In this document: positions 52,001 to 64,000 of the stretch, in pieces | Layout of the letters: every line of letters starts with the position of its first letter | Position numbering within the stretch: the first letter of the stretch is position 1 | Source: Yuukianura sp. NJ FZ-2021 | Lineage: Eukaryota | NCBI GenBank assembly: GCA_046563655.1 | Contig: CM102287.1 | Span: forward strand, 5,642,001-5,706,000 | Direction of reading: 5' to 3' | DNA: 64,000 nt | Notes under the pieces: model-generated | Database searches by the model: none | What the model was told of the DNA's origin: nothing | Seen by the model: the letters and a program-made list of their open reading frames with translations, nothing else | Program-made: the position numbers and the translations under genes

Positions 52001-55000
52001 ATTGTAAACGCAATTGATTCTGAAAATGCGCCAAACGCACGAAAGACGTCTACAATTCAGCGATTCGTCATACAGGACGTTAATGATGAACCACCACTCA
52101 TTACCGCGGTAAAATCGGACTAAATACTGAAAAACTTTCAGTATCATTTTGTATCACATTACGATTTTGTTTGTTTTTGAAGACTTCGCGTCAAATTACA
52201 ATTCAAGAAAACACAGAACTGGATTTCGTTTTCGAAGGAATTCAAGTGACCGATCCAGACGAAAAGCCTGATTTGGAGATTGAGTGTACTGTTGGGGGAC
52301 CTACTGAGACTCAAGGGTTTGTGTCAATGTCACCTTTGATTTTTTTTTGAAAAATGTTTCAAGTCGTAATTTTGAATTTGGAAATTTTAGTTGGTTTAAA
52401 TGTGAAAGCACGAGACATGAACCCGGTGGAATGTTGATGGCCAAGATTCTTCTTGCTGGTATTGAACTTCCGGACTACGAAATGACAAACAGGGTGGACA
52501 TTGAAATGAAGGCATCTGATGGTGTCCATTCCTCTATTGAAGTGTTTACCGTCTTTATTACAAATTTGAACGACGAGTATCCAGTTTTTGATGAGATTGG
52601 AGAAATTTTCTACACAGAAACAGAAGCTTGTGTTGGAAATGACTGCGAAAGTGAAAGTAGACGTGAAATTCATCAGTTCCGTGTACAAGATAAGGACTCT
52701 CCACCAAGCGAAATTGAATTCAGCATAACGTAAGATTTCAACGAAAATTCAAAACATTTTCAACAGAAATTCTCATTCCTTCCCGAATTTGGCCATTTTA
52801 GATCCAAGGTTCCTGGAACTCTTGATTTGGTTGAAATCAATCCAACCAGCGGCATTTTAAGCCGAAAAGTGGGGGCGGTGATTGACCGTGAAAAAACAGA
52901 CATCCTGTATATCGACGTAACTGCACATAACCTCATATGTGACGACAATGGTTGCACTCATGACCCAATAATATTTACAACTGAAGAAGACGTAAGTTTT
53001 TATTATTTCGAATAAATGTGGTTTTCAATACAGCGTTTCTATTTGAGTAAATCTATATTTAGGTACCGATTAACATTGAGGATATTAACGACGAGTTTCC
53101 AGTTTTCGAGGATAGTCCCACTGAATTTACAATAGAAGAGAATGAATCGAGCGGTGACATTCACCAATTCGTTGCAACAGATAAGGACGAGGGTTAGAGA
53201 AAAAAATCACAGTAGTGTTCCACAAAATATCAAAAAAAAATCAAGTATTGTGAAATTTTGCAGGAAGATTTGGACAAGTAATTTATTTTTTGGATGAAAA
53301 TTATTTGGAGGGACACGGCCTTGACAAATTTGAGATCAACGAAAACACAGGCGTGTTGTCAATTAAGGCACAGCTTGACCGTGAAACGGATGCGCAGTAT
53401 GGACTTCGTATTGTGGCTCGAGACAACGGAGGCAGTCAAAGTAACTTTCACAATTGAATTTACAACAAAAAAAATCTAAACTGTACTCTTGACTATTTTA
53501 AAATTTAAAAATTTGAAAGGTAATTCCAATGATGGCGAGAGATTTATCACCATTTTGATTAAGGATGTGAACGACAATGCAGTAAGTACTGCTATTTCTT
53601 TTATGACTAATTGTTTTGTATTGAATTTCACGTTGACAGTATGTCACCAATTCGTTCTTTTTTAGCCACAAATCTCAAATTTTGAGTTTCATAGTCAATT
53701 TGAGGACCAAATTTCACCAGAAATGGAATTGGGAAAGCTTCAATTACACGGTATATTTGACTTGGAACTTTTTAAACACAAATTCAAGAAACACCTTAAT
53801 TTTTTTTTTAAATCTAGATATCGATGAACCGGATACCCAGAATTCTCTCGTTGGCGCCGAATTAATTGGCGTAACGTATGTAGATTGTCCGAATTGTGAT
53901 ATGCTGATGATGAATTGGAGGGATCACTTTGAGGGTTTGTTCGAGGGTGCAACAAATACGTTCAGAATTTACGCCAAAACGAATTTGTACCCGTATTTTG
54001 GAAAGTACAGCTTTGAAATTTTCGTAAGCACAGTTATAGATTTTGGATTGAATTATGGAAACATATTGAGCTAACATTGTCAATAGGCCTACGATTACGG
54101 TACACCGATGGCTCACTTTACTGATACAGTTGGTCCATTCGAAATTACTGATGTCAACGATCATACGTAAGATTTAGAAATTTTGGAAAATATAAGTCCA
54201 AATCCGAAAATTTTGAAAGTATTATAATATTTTGTTTGCTCTTAACTGTAGCCCAGTTGTATTCTTTCCCACGGCGAACGAAAACACGCATGTGTACATT
54301 GCTGAGGTAAGTCTACTACAACAGGAACAGTTTCAGTTTGGCCTAACCCTTGCTGTCAGGTTAAACTAAATTCTGAATGTAATATTGAAAGTCATACTAA
54401 TATGACCGTATTATAATAATATTAATAATATTAAGTTATATTATTATACTCAAATACTATTTCATTTCTCTTAGAATCATCCAATACTGGGCCAAGGTAA
54501 CGACGTTGCCGCTAGGTTGACGGAGTGGGACAATATACAAGTACGTGCATTAGCAGGCGATGACCTCGGTAACATGAATTTAATTTAAAGTTTTAAACTT
54601 TTTGTTAAGAAAATATTGACAAGGATGATTTTGAATTTTGTTGTTTAAATCGTTTCAGACGATCCAAACCTTGGAAATGGTCAAATCACGTTTTTGGTTG
54701 ATCCAAATGGAGAGGGTGAGTTATCGATTACGTCTTATAGTGTTTGCTGGACAATAAGGGTTAAGTACTCAACTAACAAATTTTAAATTAAATATATATG
54801 TTTATTTGTACTACACAAAAAGACCAACTTTTAGCTTAATTATAATTACAGTATTCGATCCTAAAACGCTTTGTTCACTTTACAATAGGATACGAATACT
54901 TTGTCGTTGTTCCCGGCGATGAGGACGGAATATTTTATATAGCAGTCAAGGCCCAACTGGTTGTAGACGAACAAGGGGTACCGTTGCGGGTAAGTTAACA

Positions 55001-56220
55001 TATTTTTAAAAAAATTAATTCTGTTTCGAATTTTAAAAGTTTTTATTTTTCAAAATTTTCATTTTAGGTAGGAATTATTGCGAAAGACAATGGAGCTGCT
55101 CCGAGACAATCAGAGCCACAGATAATGCTCATCAGCGTCGTACCTGAATCCAACCAAGAACCAATATTCGTTGGAGAAAATGCTCAAGTACACATCCAAG
55201 GTTTACGCTTTAGTCATTATACGCTACTGTAAAACATGTTTCCAGTTCACTGTTCACTGGTTGAATTTTTAGTATAATAATTTTGAATATAATTAATATA
55301 AATAACTCTAATTTTAGAAAATGCAACTCTGCCAGCACCGATTGTTCTACTGGCAGCTTCCGACCTGGACACAATTGGAGACGCACCTCTGGACCGCTTT
55401 GGAAACGACATTTGTTACTACATTATAGGTATACAAATTTCAGTTTTTAGTTAGAAAGCACGATTTTTTGTGCATGATATCGATTATTATATTTTGTATT
55501 TTATGTTTCTAGCTGGTGACACGACGCAATCGTTTCAATTGGACCCGTACACGAACAAGCTGACTTTAAAACAAGGAATAGTCCTGGATCGCGAGCAAGT
55601 TCCTACGTACCAATTATCAATTCTGGCTAAGAACGACAAACCAAATGCTTGCCAACCTCCTACTACCATACCTCCGCTGGACTCACCCAGTGTTCTCAAT
55701 GTCCAGATCATCGTAGATGACGTCAAGGACACTGCACCTCGGTTTGTTGACCTTGGTACTTGTTCTGGCGGAGTTCGTACCTCTACAGCAGAAATCGGCA
55801 GCTCAACTTCTATTGTTCTGCTGGGCGAAGAGGATGACCTCAATGACCCCACCACGTTTACCATCGATGACAAAACACTTGAAAGATCAGATCCATCGCT
55901 AGCTGGAATCCAGGATCCTGTTTTTACAATCAGCGAAACTAACGAAATTCTGATCAACTTCCAAGCTAATGAAGCTATGAAGGGATACTTTACGTTTACG
56001 GTATTCCTGACAGATTCTGGTAAGCATCAAACAGCAAATTTTCCTCGGCTTGTCAACTTCTGCTTTTAAGCTTTACCAAATTATGCACTCTGAGACCAAA
56101 ATTTTGAAATTTTGTTTGTAGTTGGAATGCTAGCAACTCAAATGTGTAAAGTGTATCTCACTCACGAGCACGACTCCATATAACTACGTTGAATTTCAAT
56201 TTGACGATGGTTATGAAGAA
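48986..56220 (+). repeat. Tandem segmental duplication, copy A (~7.2 kb)
   Basis: Runs from the last ~56 nt of the aminopeptidase CDS through the intergenic region and cadherin exons 1-26. Colinear and near-identical by eye, including most introns, with 56225-63530. Confidence 0.95.
49543..56183 (+). CDS. Cadherin paralog 1 (BtR1/Cad88C-like), C-terminally truncated and predicted secreted, ~1458 aa
   Basis: 26 exons with canonical GT-AG sites and a continuous frame (4377 nt): 49543-49759, 49861-50071, 50144-50282, 50367-50621, 50686-50764, 50859-51178, 51239-51493, 51595-51749, 51886-52108, 52183-52316, 52391-52729, 52802-52991, 53063-53192, 53264-53440, 53520-53581, 53666-53750, 53818-54023, 54087-54166, 54252-54306, 54475-54568, 54659-54715, 54889-54989, 55068-55200, 55318-55428, 55513-56019, 56122-56183. 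Signal peptide and ~12 EC repeats (LDYE/LDRE, DxD, DxNDxxP motifs). Ends VYLTHEHDSI* with no TM. Confidence 0.85.
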
Positions 56221-56224
56221 GACA

Positions 56225-56280
56225 GGTTCAAGAGAGACAAGCTACAAATTGAAGAATACTTGGGTCCTTACGAAGACTAA
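56225..56280 (+). pseudogene. Duplicated 3'-terminal fragment of the aminopeptidase CDS
   Basis: GGTTCAAGAGAGACAAGCTACAAATTGAAGAATACTTGGGTCCTTACGAAGACTAA matches 48986-49041 (FKRDKLQIEEYLGPYED* vs FKRDKQQIEEYLGPYED*). It is followed by a copy of the 3' UTR with AATAAA at 56450-56455 (original at 49205-49210). Confidence 0.92.
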
Positions 56281-59200
56281 AAAAATATGCTTAAAAAAAC
56301 TACTTTTTCATTGTTGAATATTTACTTCAAAATTCGTTGTTTGTTGATTAATTTACTTCGCTGAGTTTCAACATTCAGTAAATTATTTATCTTTTTTCTT
56401 TTAACGAATTTTTTCTAATTTCGAAACTTACTTTTGGACAACCATGAGAAATAAATGAAATTACAAAAAAAAAATATCCGCACCGTGAAAACTGCTGTAT
56501 AAAATAGGTCACTATTTGTTAGTACAAACTTCACTTTTAAATTCAAGGTGACATGAAGTGACGTTCAGAGGACGGATGACAAAGTTCAATCTAATATCTC
56601 GATCTATACACGTATCTGGATTTTTATCTTGAAAATGGAGGTGTCGTAAGGATTGATTTGTAAGTGTTAATCAATTTCATTTTTTCATGATATGATTTCA
56701 GTAGTTAATCATACGTCCTTCAGTTGCTGGGCGAAGTCAAAAAATTACGTTTCAGATTTCATTCTATTTAGAACATTTCGCAATGAATAAGGAAAACAGT
56801 CTTCTGATTTTGCTTCTTATTTGCAACGCTCTGATTGGTGGAGCCGTTGGCCAATACGAAACGCCGTTCCTTGGCAAAGCTTATGGCGACACAGATCCAG
56901 TAGGGGTTCATGTGAATCCCGACGGAAATTCAATTTTCATCAATGAAAACAGAGTGGTGGCAGCCGAGAGAAACTACATCGCGGAAATTAAATACACTGG
57001 TAACCTAAAAAAAAATTTCGATGATGAAAAAATGAAAACTGGATTTTTTAAAATTATATTTTCCGAAATCCTAATAATTTTTGAAAATTTTTGAAAATTT
57101 GAAAAGGAACTAACCCGGAAGTGCCCACTGTTTTGCCCATTGACGGAACTGGAGTTAAACCTGAATTACGAATCGTTAAAGACTTGGCTCTTGGCAAATT
57201 TTTTCTGGAACTTTTAAATGAATTGGATTATGAAGACAAAGGGATTTGGTACATTAACTTGGATCCAACAGCTCCTGCGCCTATCTTAGTAGCTCCAGTT
57301 GACATTGACGACATGTAAATCAAATTAATCGACCTCAGCTAGGTTAAATTAACCTATCGTATTCTTAAATGCTTTTAATACAACATTGGCTTTGTTTTTG
57401 AAGGGACCCCTCCTTCACGCAATATGCGACTGCACTAGACTCAGATGAAGGGGACTTTAACAGCGACAAAATTTTATTCACTTATAAAGCGACCGATCCA
57501 GATACGGTTGATGCGGATAAACTAACATACGCTCTAACGGTAGACATGAAACCATTAAAAAAACGAAACATTTAGGTCACGTGACGTGACTTTAAGTAAC
57601 TCACGATTTAAATTCGATTGAAATACATTCAGGATTTAGATAATGGCGCCAACACGCCATTTGCCATTGACTCGACTACTGGGGAATTGAGGCAAACAGC
57701 GGCATTGGATTACCAACTTCAATCAGTTTATAGGCTCCAAATGACCGTGACAGATTCCGATGGGGTTAACGCCATCTCTGCACCTTCAGTCACCTTAGTC
57801 AATGTCAATGACCTGCCGAACCAACCTCCGCGGTGGGTATCGGTCAACCCCGTCCTTCAAGTTGCAGAAAACAACGATCCTGCTACGGTAAGGATTACAC
57901 AGGAAAAACTAAATTAACCCGCATAACATGAAATTTTGTTTAGGATCCGGCATTGTTCAAGTATGGCGCAGTCGATGGAGACACGATGGTCAACAGTCCA
58001 ATGAAATACTACCTAGAGGGCGGTAATGTTCAAACTGTTAATAATTTTCAACTTTTGTCAAAATTGTTTATCTTTTGATTTTGCAACATTAAGCAATCGG
58101 TTTTTTTTTATTTAAGTTCCGGTGGATCCAATAAGTTCAACTCCGTATTTGACAATCGACGAAGCTTCCGGAGAAATCCGAGTAAACGTAGTCCTGGACG
58201 CTGAACAAATAGAAGATTCGACATTCACTTTTCAAGTTGTGGCTGAAGAAATGATCAACACCGTTCCGAATTTGAAAATTCAAGAAACCGTTACGTTTTT
58301 CATTTTGGATGAAAACGATAACCTGCCTATATTCGATGACGGACAGTCTGAGAAACCGTTTCAAGTTGTAATTGATGAGAACACTTCCGGTTCTCTGCCG
58401 GGATTGGAGCAACTGATTATCATTGACAAAGACAGGGTTGGACAATTTTTGAAATTTTGTGTAAATTATGGGGAATGCTTATTGTAATGCGTTTTGATGA
58501 ACAGGATTTGGCGTATAATGAATATGTGGCAAGGTTGAAGGCTGATGACCCCGACACGGAAGTGTGGGTGAACGAAATGTTTTCAGTGACTCCGTCAAAG
58601 GGTTATGGCGGCGGTACTTTTGTGGTTCAAATTAAGCCCACTACGGTTATCAACTATGAAGATCCAGAATGGCAGAAACCTATACAATTTTATGTCACCG
58701 TAGAAGAAGCCAGCGACGCTACACGATTCGCCAGGGGAGTGATTTCGTTATCAGTCAAGGTAATTTTATAAAGTTAAAACTTATTTTTCATTCCAATTTT
58801 GCTAGGTGAAGCTAGCCAATCAGGTTTTGCTCATGAATTTGTACGTTCCATTTGTAACCTCTAGGATTTGAACGACAACAGCCCGGTATTTGATGGAGTC
58901 GACGCAAACGGAGAAATTGTAGTTGAAGTTTCCGAGGGGATTCTGATTGGTGAAACTGTTACGACAATTCTTGCCACTGACGCAGACATTTCCCCAGGAT
59001 TTGGAACTGCGAGCATTAGGTAATTCTAAATACTAATCATTTTTAAGTTTTGATACGATTTTCAATGAGCGACCTGCTGAATCCAAAAAATTTCAGATTT
59101 CCGAAATTGAAAATTTGAAATGAAATTTTGAAATCCTTTTAATTTGAAATTCCAGATACTTTTGGGGTGTACCAGCACCGAACGACTTGGCAATCGATGC

Positions 59201-62200
59201 GGTCACTGGCATAATTACGACCAAAACAAACTCCCCGTTTGACCGAGAGTTGATGCCACAAGAGGTGTACATTGTAAACGCAATTGATTCTGAAAATGCG
59301 CCAAACGCCAGAAAGACGTCAACAGTTCTGCGACTCGTCATACTAGACGTTAATGATGAACCACCACTCATTACCACGGTAAGATCGGACTGAAATCTGA
59401 AAAACTTTCAGCAACAATTTGTTTCAAATTACGATTTTGTTTTTTTGAAGACCTCTCGTCAAATTACAATTCAAGAAAACACAAAACTGGATTTCGTTTT
59501 CGAAGGAATTCAAGTGACCGATCCAGACGAAAAGCCTGATTTGGAGATTGAGTGTACTGTTGGAGGACCTACTGAGACTCAAGGGTTTGTGTCAATGTCA
59601 CCTTTGATTTTTTTTCGAAAAATGTTTCAAGTCGTAATTTTGAATTTGGAAATTGTAGTTGGTTTAAATGTGAAAGCACAAGGCATGAACCCGGTGGAAT
59701 GTTGATCGCGAAGATTCTTCTTGCTGGTACTACTGAAACTGAACTGCCGAACTACGAAGTGACAAACAGGGTGGACATTGAAATGAAGGCATCTGATGGT
59801 GTGCAGTCTTCGGTTGAAATGTTTACCGTCTTTATTACAAATTTGAACGACGAGTATCCAGTTTTTGATGAGATTGGAGAAATCTCCTACACAGAAACAG
59901 AAGTTTGTGTAGGAAACGACTGCGAAAGTGAAAGTAGACGCGAAATTCATCAGTTCCGTGTACAAGATAAGGACTCTCCACAAAGCGAAATTCAATTCAG
60001 CATAACGTAAGTTCAACTCAAAATTCAAAACATTTTCAACAGAAATTCTCATTCCCTCCCGAATTTGGCCATTTTTAGATCCAAAGATCCTGGAACTCTT
60101 GATTTGGTTGAAATCAACCCAACCAACGGCATTTTAAGCCGGAAAGTGGGGGCCGTGATTGACCGTGAAACAACAGCTACTTTGCACGTCGACGTAACTG
60201 CACACAACCTCATATGTGACGACAATGGTTGCACTCATGACCCAATAATATTCACAACTGAAGAGGACGTAAGTTTTTAATATTTTGGATAAATGTGGTT
60301 TTCAACACAGCGTTTCAAATTTTATTTGAGTAAATTCATATCTAGGTACCGATTAACATTGAGGATATTAACGACGAGATTCCAGTTTTCGAGGATAGTC
60401 CCACTGAATTTACAATAGAAGAGAATGAATCTAGCGGTGACATTCACACATTCGTTGCAACAGATAAGGACGAGGGTTAGAGAAAAAATTTACAGTAGTG
60501 TTGTACAAAATAGCGAAAAAAAAATCAATTATTGTGAAATTTTTGCAGGAAGATTTGGAGAAGTAGTTTACTTTTTGGATGAAAATTATTTGGAGGGACA
60601 CGGCCTTGACAAATTTGAGATCAACGAAAACACAGGCGTGTTGTCAATTAAGGCACAGCTTGACCGTGAAACGGATGCGCAGTACGCACTTCGTATTGTG
60701 GCTCGAGACAACGGAGGCAGTCAAAGTAACTTGCACAAATTTCATTGAATTTTCAACAAAAAAAAATCCAAACTGTAACTCTTTACTAATTTAACATTTA
60801 AAAATTAATTTGAAAGGTAATTCCAATGATGGGGAGAGAATTATCACCATTTTCATTAAGGATGTGAACGACAATGCAGTAAGTACTGCTAATTTCATTT
60901 CATTACTAATTGTTTTGTATTGAATTTCACGTTGACAGTATTTCACCAATTCGTTCTTTTTTAGCCACAATTCTCAAACATTGAGTTTCCGAGTAAATCT
61001 GAGGACCAAATTTCACCAGAAATGGAATTGGGAAAGCTTCAACTAAACGGTTATTTGACTTTGAAATTTAAAACTTAAAAAGAAATTTTTAAAAACTATT
61101 AGAAGAATCACTTAATTTTTGAAAATATCTAGATATCGATGAGGCGGATACCCCGAATTCCCTAGTTGACGCCGAATTAGTTGGCGTAACGTATGTAGAT
61201 TGTCCGAATTGTGATATACTGATGATGAATTGGAGGGATCACTTTAAGGGCTTGTTCGAGGGTGCAACAAATACTTTCAGAATTTACGCCAAAACGAATT
61301 TGTATCCGTATTTTGGAAAGTTCAGCTTTGAAATTTTTGTAAGCACAGTTATACATTTTAGTTTGATTCGGCATTTTATGGAAACATATTGAGCTAACAT
61401 TGTCAATAGGCCTACGATTACGGTACACCGATGGCTAACTCTACTGGTACAGTTGGTCCACTCGAAATTACTGATGTCAACGATCACACGTAAGATTTTC
61501 AAATTTTGGAAAATATAAGTCCAAATCCGAAAATTTTGAAAGAATTATCATATTTTTTTCCTTGTAACTCTAGCCCAGTTGTATTCTTTCCCACGGCGAA
61601 CGAGGCCACGCATGTGTACATTGCTGAGGTAAGCCTACAACAGGAACAGCTTGAGTTTGACCTAACCTTTGCTTTCAGATTAAACTAAATACTGAATATA
61701 ATATTGAAAGTCATACTAAATATCATATGACCATATTATAATATTAATAGCATTAACTATATTATTATATTCAAATATTTCATTTCTCTTAGAACCATCC
61801 AATACTGGGCCAGGGTAACGACGTTGCCGCTAGGTTGACGGAGCATGACAACACACAAGTCCGTGCATTAGCAGGCGATGACCTCGGTAAGTTGAATTTA
61901 ATTTAAAGGTTTAAACTTTTTAGCCGTTAACAGAATATTGACTAGGATGAGTTTGAATTTTGTTGTTTAAATCGTTTCAGACGATCCGAACCTTGGAAAT
62001 GGTCAAATCACGTTTTTGATTGATCAAAATGGAGAGGGTGAGTTATCAATTACATCGTAGAGTTTACTGGACAATAAGGATTAAGTACTTAACAAATATT
62101 AAATTAAATATTATATGTTTATCTTTATATGTACTATATAAAAAGACTAACTTTTAGCTTAACTACAGCATGCGATCGATCGTTAAGCGCTTTGTTCACT

Positions 62201-63530
62201 TTACATTAGGATACGAATACTTTGACGTTGTTCCCGGCGATGAGGACGGAATATTTTACATAGCAGTCAAGGCCCAACTGGTTGTAGACGAACAAGGGGT
62301 ACCGTTGCGGGTAAAACTCGAAAAATTTAATTTTGAATTTTAAAATTAAGTTTTTACTTAAAAATTTTTGTTTTAGGTAGGAATTATTGCTAAAGACAAA
62401 GCCGCTCCTCCGAGACAATCAGAGCCGCAGATAATGCTCATCAGCGTCGTACCTGAATCCAACCAAGAACCAATATTCGTTGGAGAAAACGCTGAAGTAC
62501 ACATCCAAGGTTTGGCACGCTTTAGTCATTATAAGCTGTAAAAACACGTTTCCAGTTCACTGTTCACTGGTTGAATTTTTAGTATAATAATTTTGTATAT
62601 AATTAGTATAACTAACTTCAATTTTAGAAAATGCAACTCTGCCAGCACCGATTGTTCTACTGGCAGCTTCAGACCTGGACACAATTGGAGACGACCCTCT
62701 GGACCGCTTCGGATATGACATTTGTTACTACATTATAGGTACGCAAATATCTGTTTTTAGTTAAAATAGAATACGATTTTTTGTGCATATCGATTATTTA
62801 TGTATATTATATTTTGTATTTTATGTTTCTAGCTGGAGACACGACGCAATCGTTTCAATTGGACGAGTATACAAACACGCTGACTTTAAAACAAGGCATA
62901 ATCCTGGATCGCGAGCAAGTTCCTACGTACCAATTATCAATTCTGGCTAAGAACGACAAACCAAATGCTTGCCAACCTCCGACTACCATACCTCCGCTGG
63001 ACTCACCCAGTGTTCTCAATGTCCAGATCATCGTAGATGACCTCAAGGACACTGCACCTCGGTTTGTTGACCTTGGTACTTGTTCTGGCGGAGTTCGTAC
63101 CTCTACAGCAGAAATCGGCAGCTCAACGTCTATTGTTCTACGGGGCGAAGAGGATGACCTCAATGACCCCATCACGTTTACCATCGATGACAAAACACTT
63201 GAAAGATCAGATCCATCGCTAGCTGGAATCCAGGATCCTGTTTTTACAATCAGCGAAACTAACGAAATTCTGATCAACTTCCAAGCTAATGAAGCTATGA
63301 AGGGATACTTTACGTTTACAGTATTCCTGACAGATTCTGGTAAGCATCAAATAGCAAATTTTTTGCATCTTGTCAACTTCTGTTTTTAGTTTTAACAAAA
63401 TTATGCACTCTGAGACCAAAATTTTGAAATTTTGTTTGTAGTTGGGGAGGAGGCAACTCAAATGTGTAAAGTGTACCTCACTACTCCAGACAACTACGTT
63501 GAATTTCAATTTGACGATGGTTATGAAGAA
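56225..63530 (+). repeat. Tandem segmental duplication, copy B (~7.3 kb)
   Basis: Colinear with 48986-56220. Homology ends after GATGGTTATGAAGAA (63530), beyond which only this copy continues into the membrane-proximal and TM exons. Confidence 0.95.
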
Positions 63531-63985
63531 TTCACTGACTCAATTATATCCCAAGTAGAAACTATCATGTCTGAAAACTATGGATACCTCTGCAACATTG
63601 ACAAAGTACGCAACACGACTGATGAAAATGGAAACGCATTTGCTGGAAAAACAACAATTGAGACACACTTTATCGATGAAAGCAAAACCGAACCTGTCCC
63701 GAGCTACTTAATTACGGAGTAAGCTCTAACTTTTTTAAGCTTTTGTATATTAATTGACGTTAACTTTTTAAATTTATTTAGTCTACCATACGATGAACCT
63801 GAAAAGTTCATTAACCTCACAGCGGCTCTCCAAGATATTGGACTCAACCTGGACATAAAATCATACTATGAAGAACCGGTAGATGAAACACAAGGAATTT
63901 TGACCTACATTCTCGTCGGAGCTGTAATAGTTCTCACAATCGTCGTTGTCATTGTTTCAGTCAGTTGCTGGTTCAACTCTAGACG
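56783..63985 (+). CDS. Cadherin paralog 2 (BtR1/Cad88C-like, membrane-anchored); 3' partial, cytoplasmic tail beyond the window
   Basis: Same exon series as paralog 1, then a full membrane-proximal domain (VYLTTPDNYVEFQF...YGYLCNIDKV...IETHFID, resembling the CNIDQV...HFI motif of lepidopteran BtR1-type cadherins). Exon 63782-63985 encodes the TM helix ILTYILVGAVIVLTIVVVIVSVSCWF and ends at a GTAACT donor. Confidence 0.9.
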
Positions 63986-64000
63986 GTAACTGCGAAGATT

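Noticed and set aside
45509..56183. Aminopeptidase plus cadherin as a clustered pair of Bt toxin receptors
   Set aside because: Cry-binding aminopeptidases N are secreted and GPI-anchored; this protein has no signal peptide and looks like cytosolic PSA, so the adjacency is probably incidental.
56169..56183. C-terminal HDSI as an ER-retention signal
   Set aside because: It lacks the terminal EL of HDEL/KDEL.

Overview
Eukaryotic, intron-rich, AT-rich genomic DNA. It is most likely from an arthropod (inferred from a ZAD zinc-finger gene, a BtR1/Cad88C-type cadherin, TTAGG-like motifs and many ~60-80 nt introns); no prokaryotic systems are present. Gene order: a large unc-5 netrin receptor gene (+, 5' end outside the window, 350-33866), TFIIH p34/GTF2H3 (-), a ZAD-C2H2 zinc-finger gene (+), two small secreted-peptide genes absent or incomplete in the ORF track, an M1 aminopeptidase (+), and a ~7.2 kb tandem duplication. 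The secreted peptides are a Gly/His-rich furin-site precursor (+) and a 6-Cys peptide (-). The aminopeptidase keeps an intact frame but has changed all its key catalytic motifs. The duplication is the most notable feature. It made an open-frame 26-exon cadherin with the signal peptide and all ~12 extracellular repeats but no transmembrane or cytoplasmic domain, using the duplicated aminopeptidase 3' end as its terminator. It sits directly upstream of a membrane-anchored paralog and differs from it most in the N-terminal repeat, which suggests a soluble/membrane cadherin pair. Exon boundaries were read by eye and need RNA-seq confirmation.
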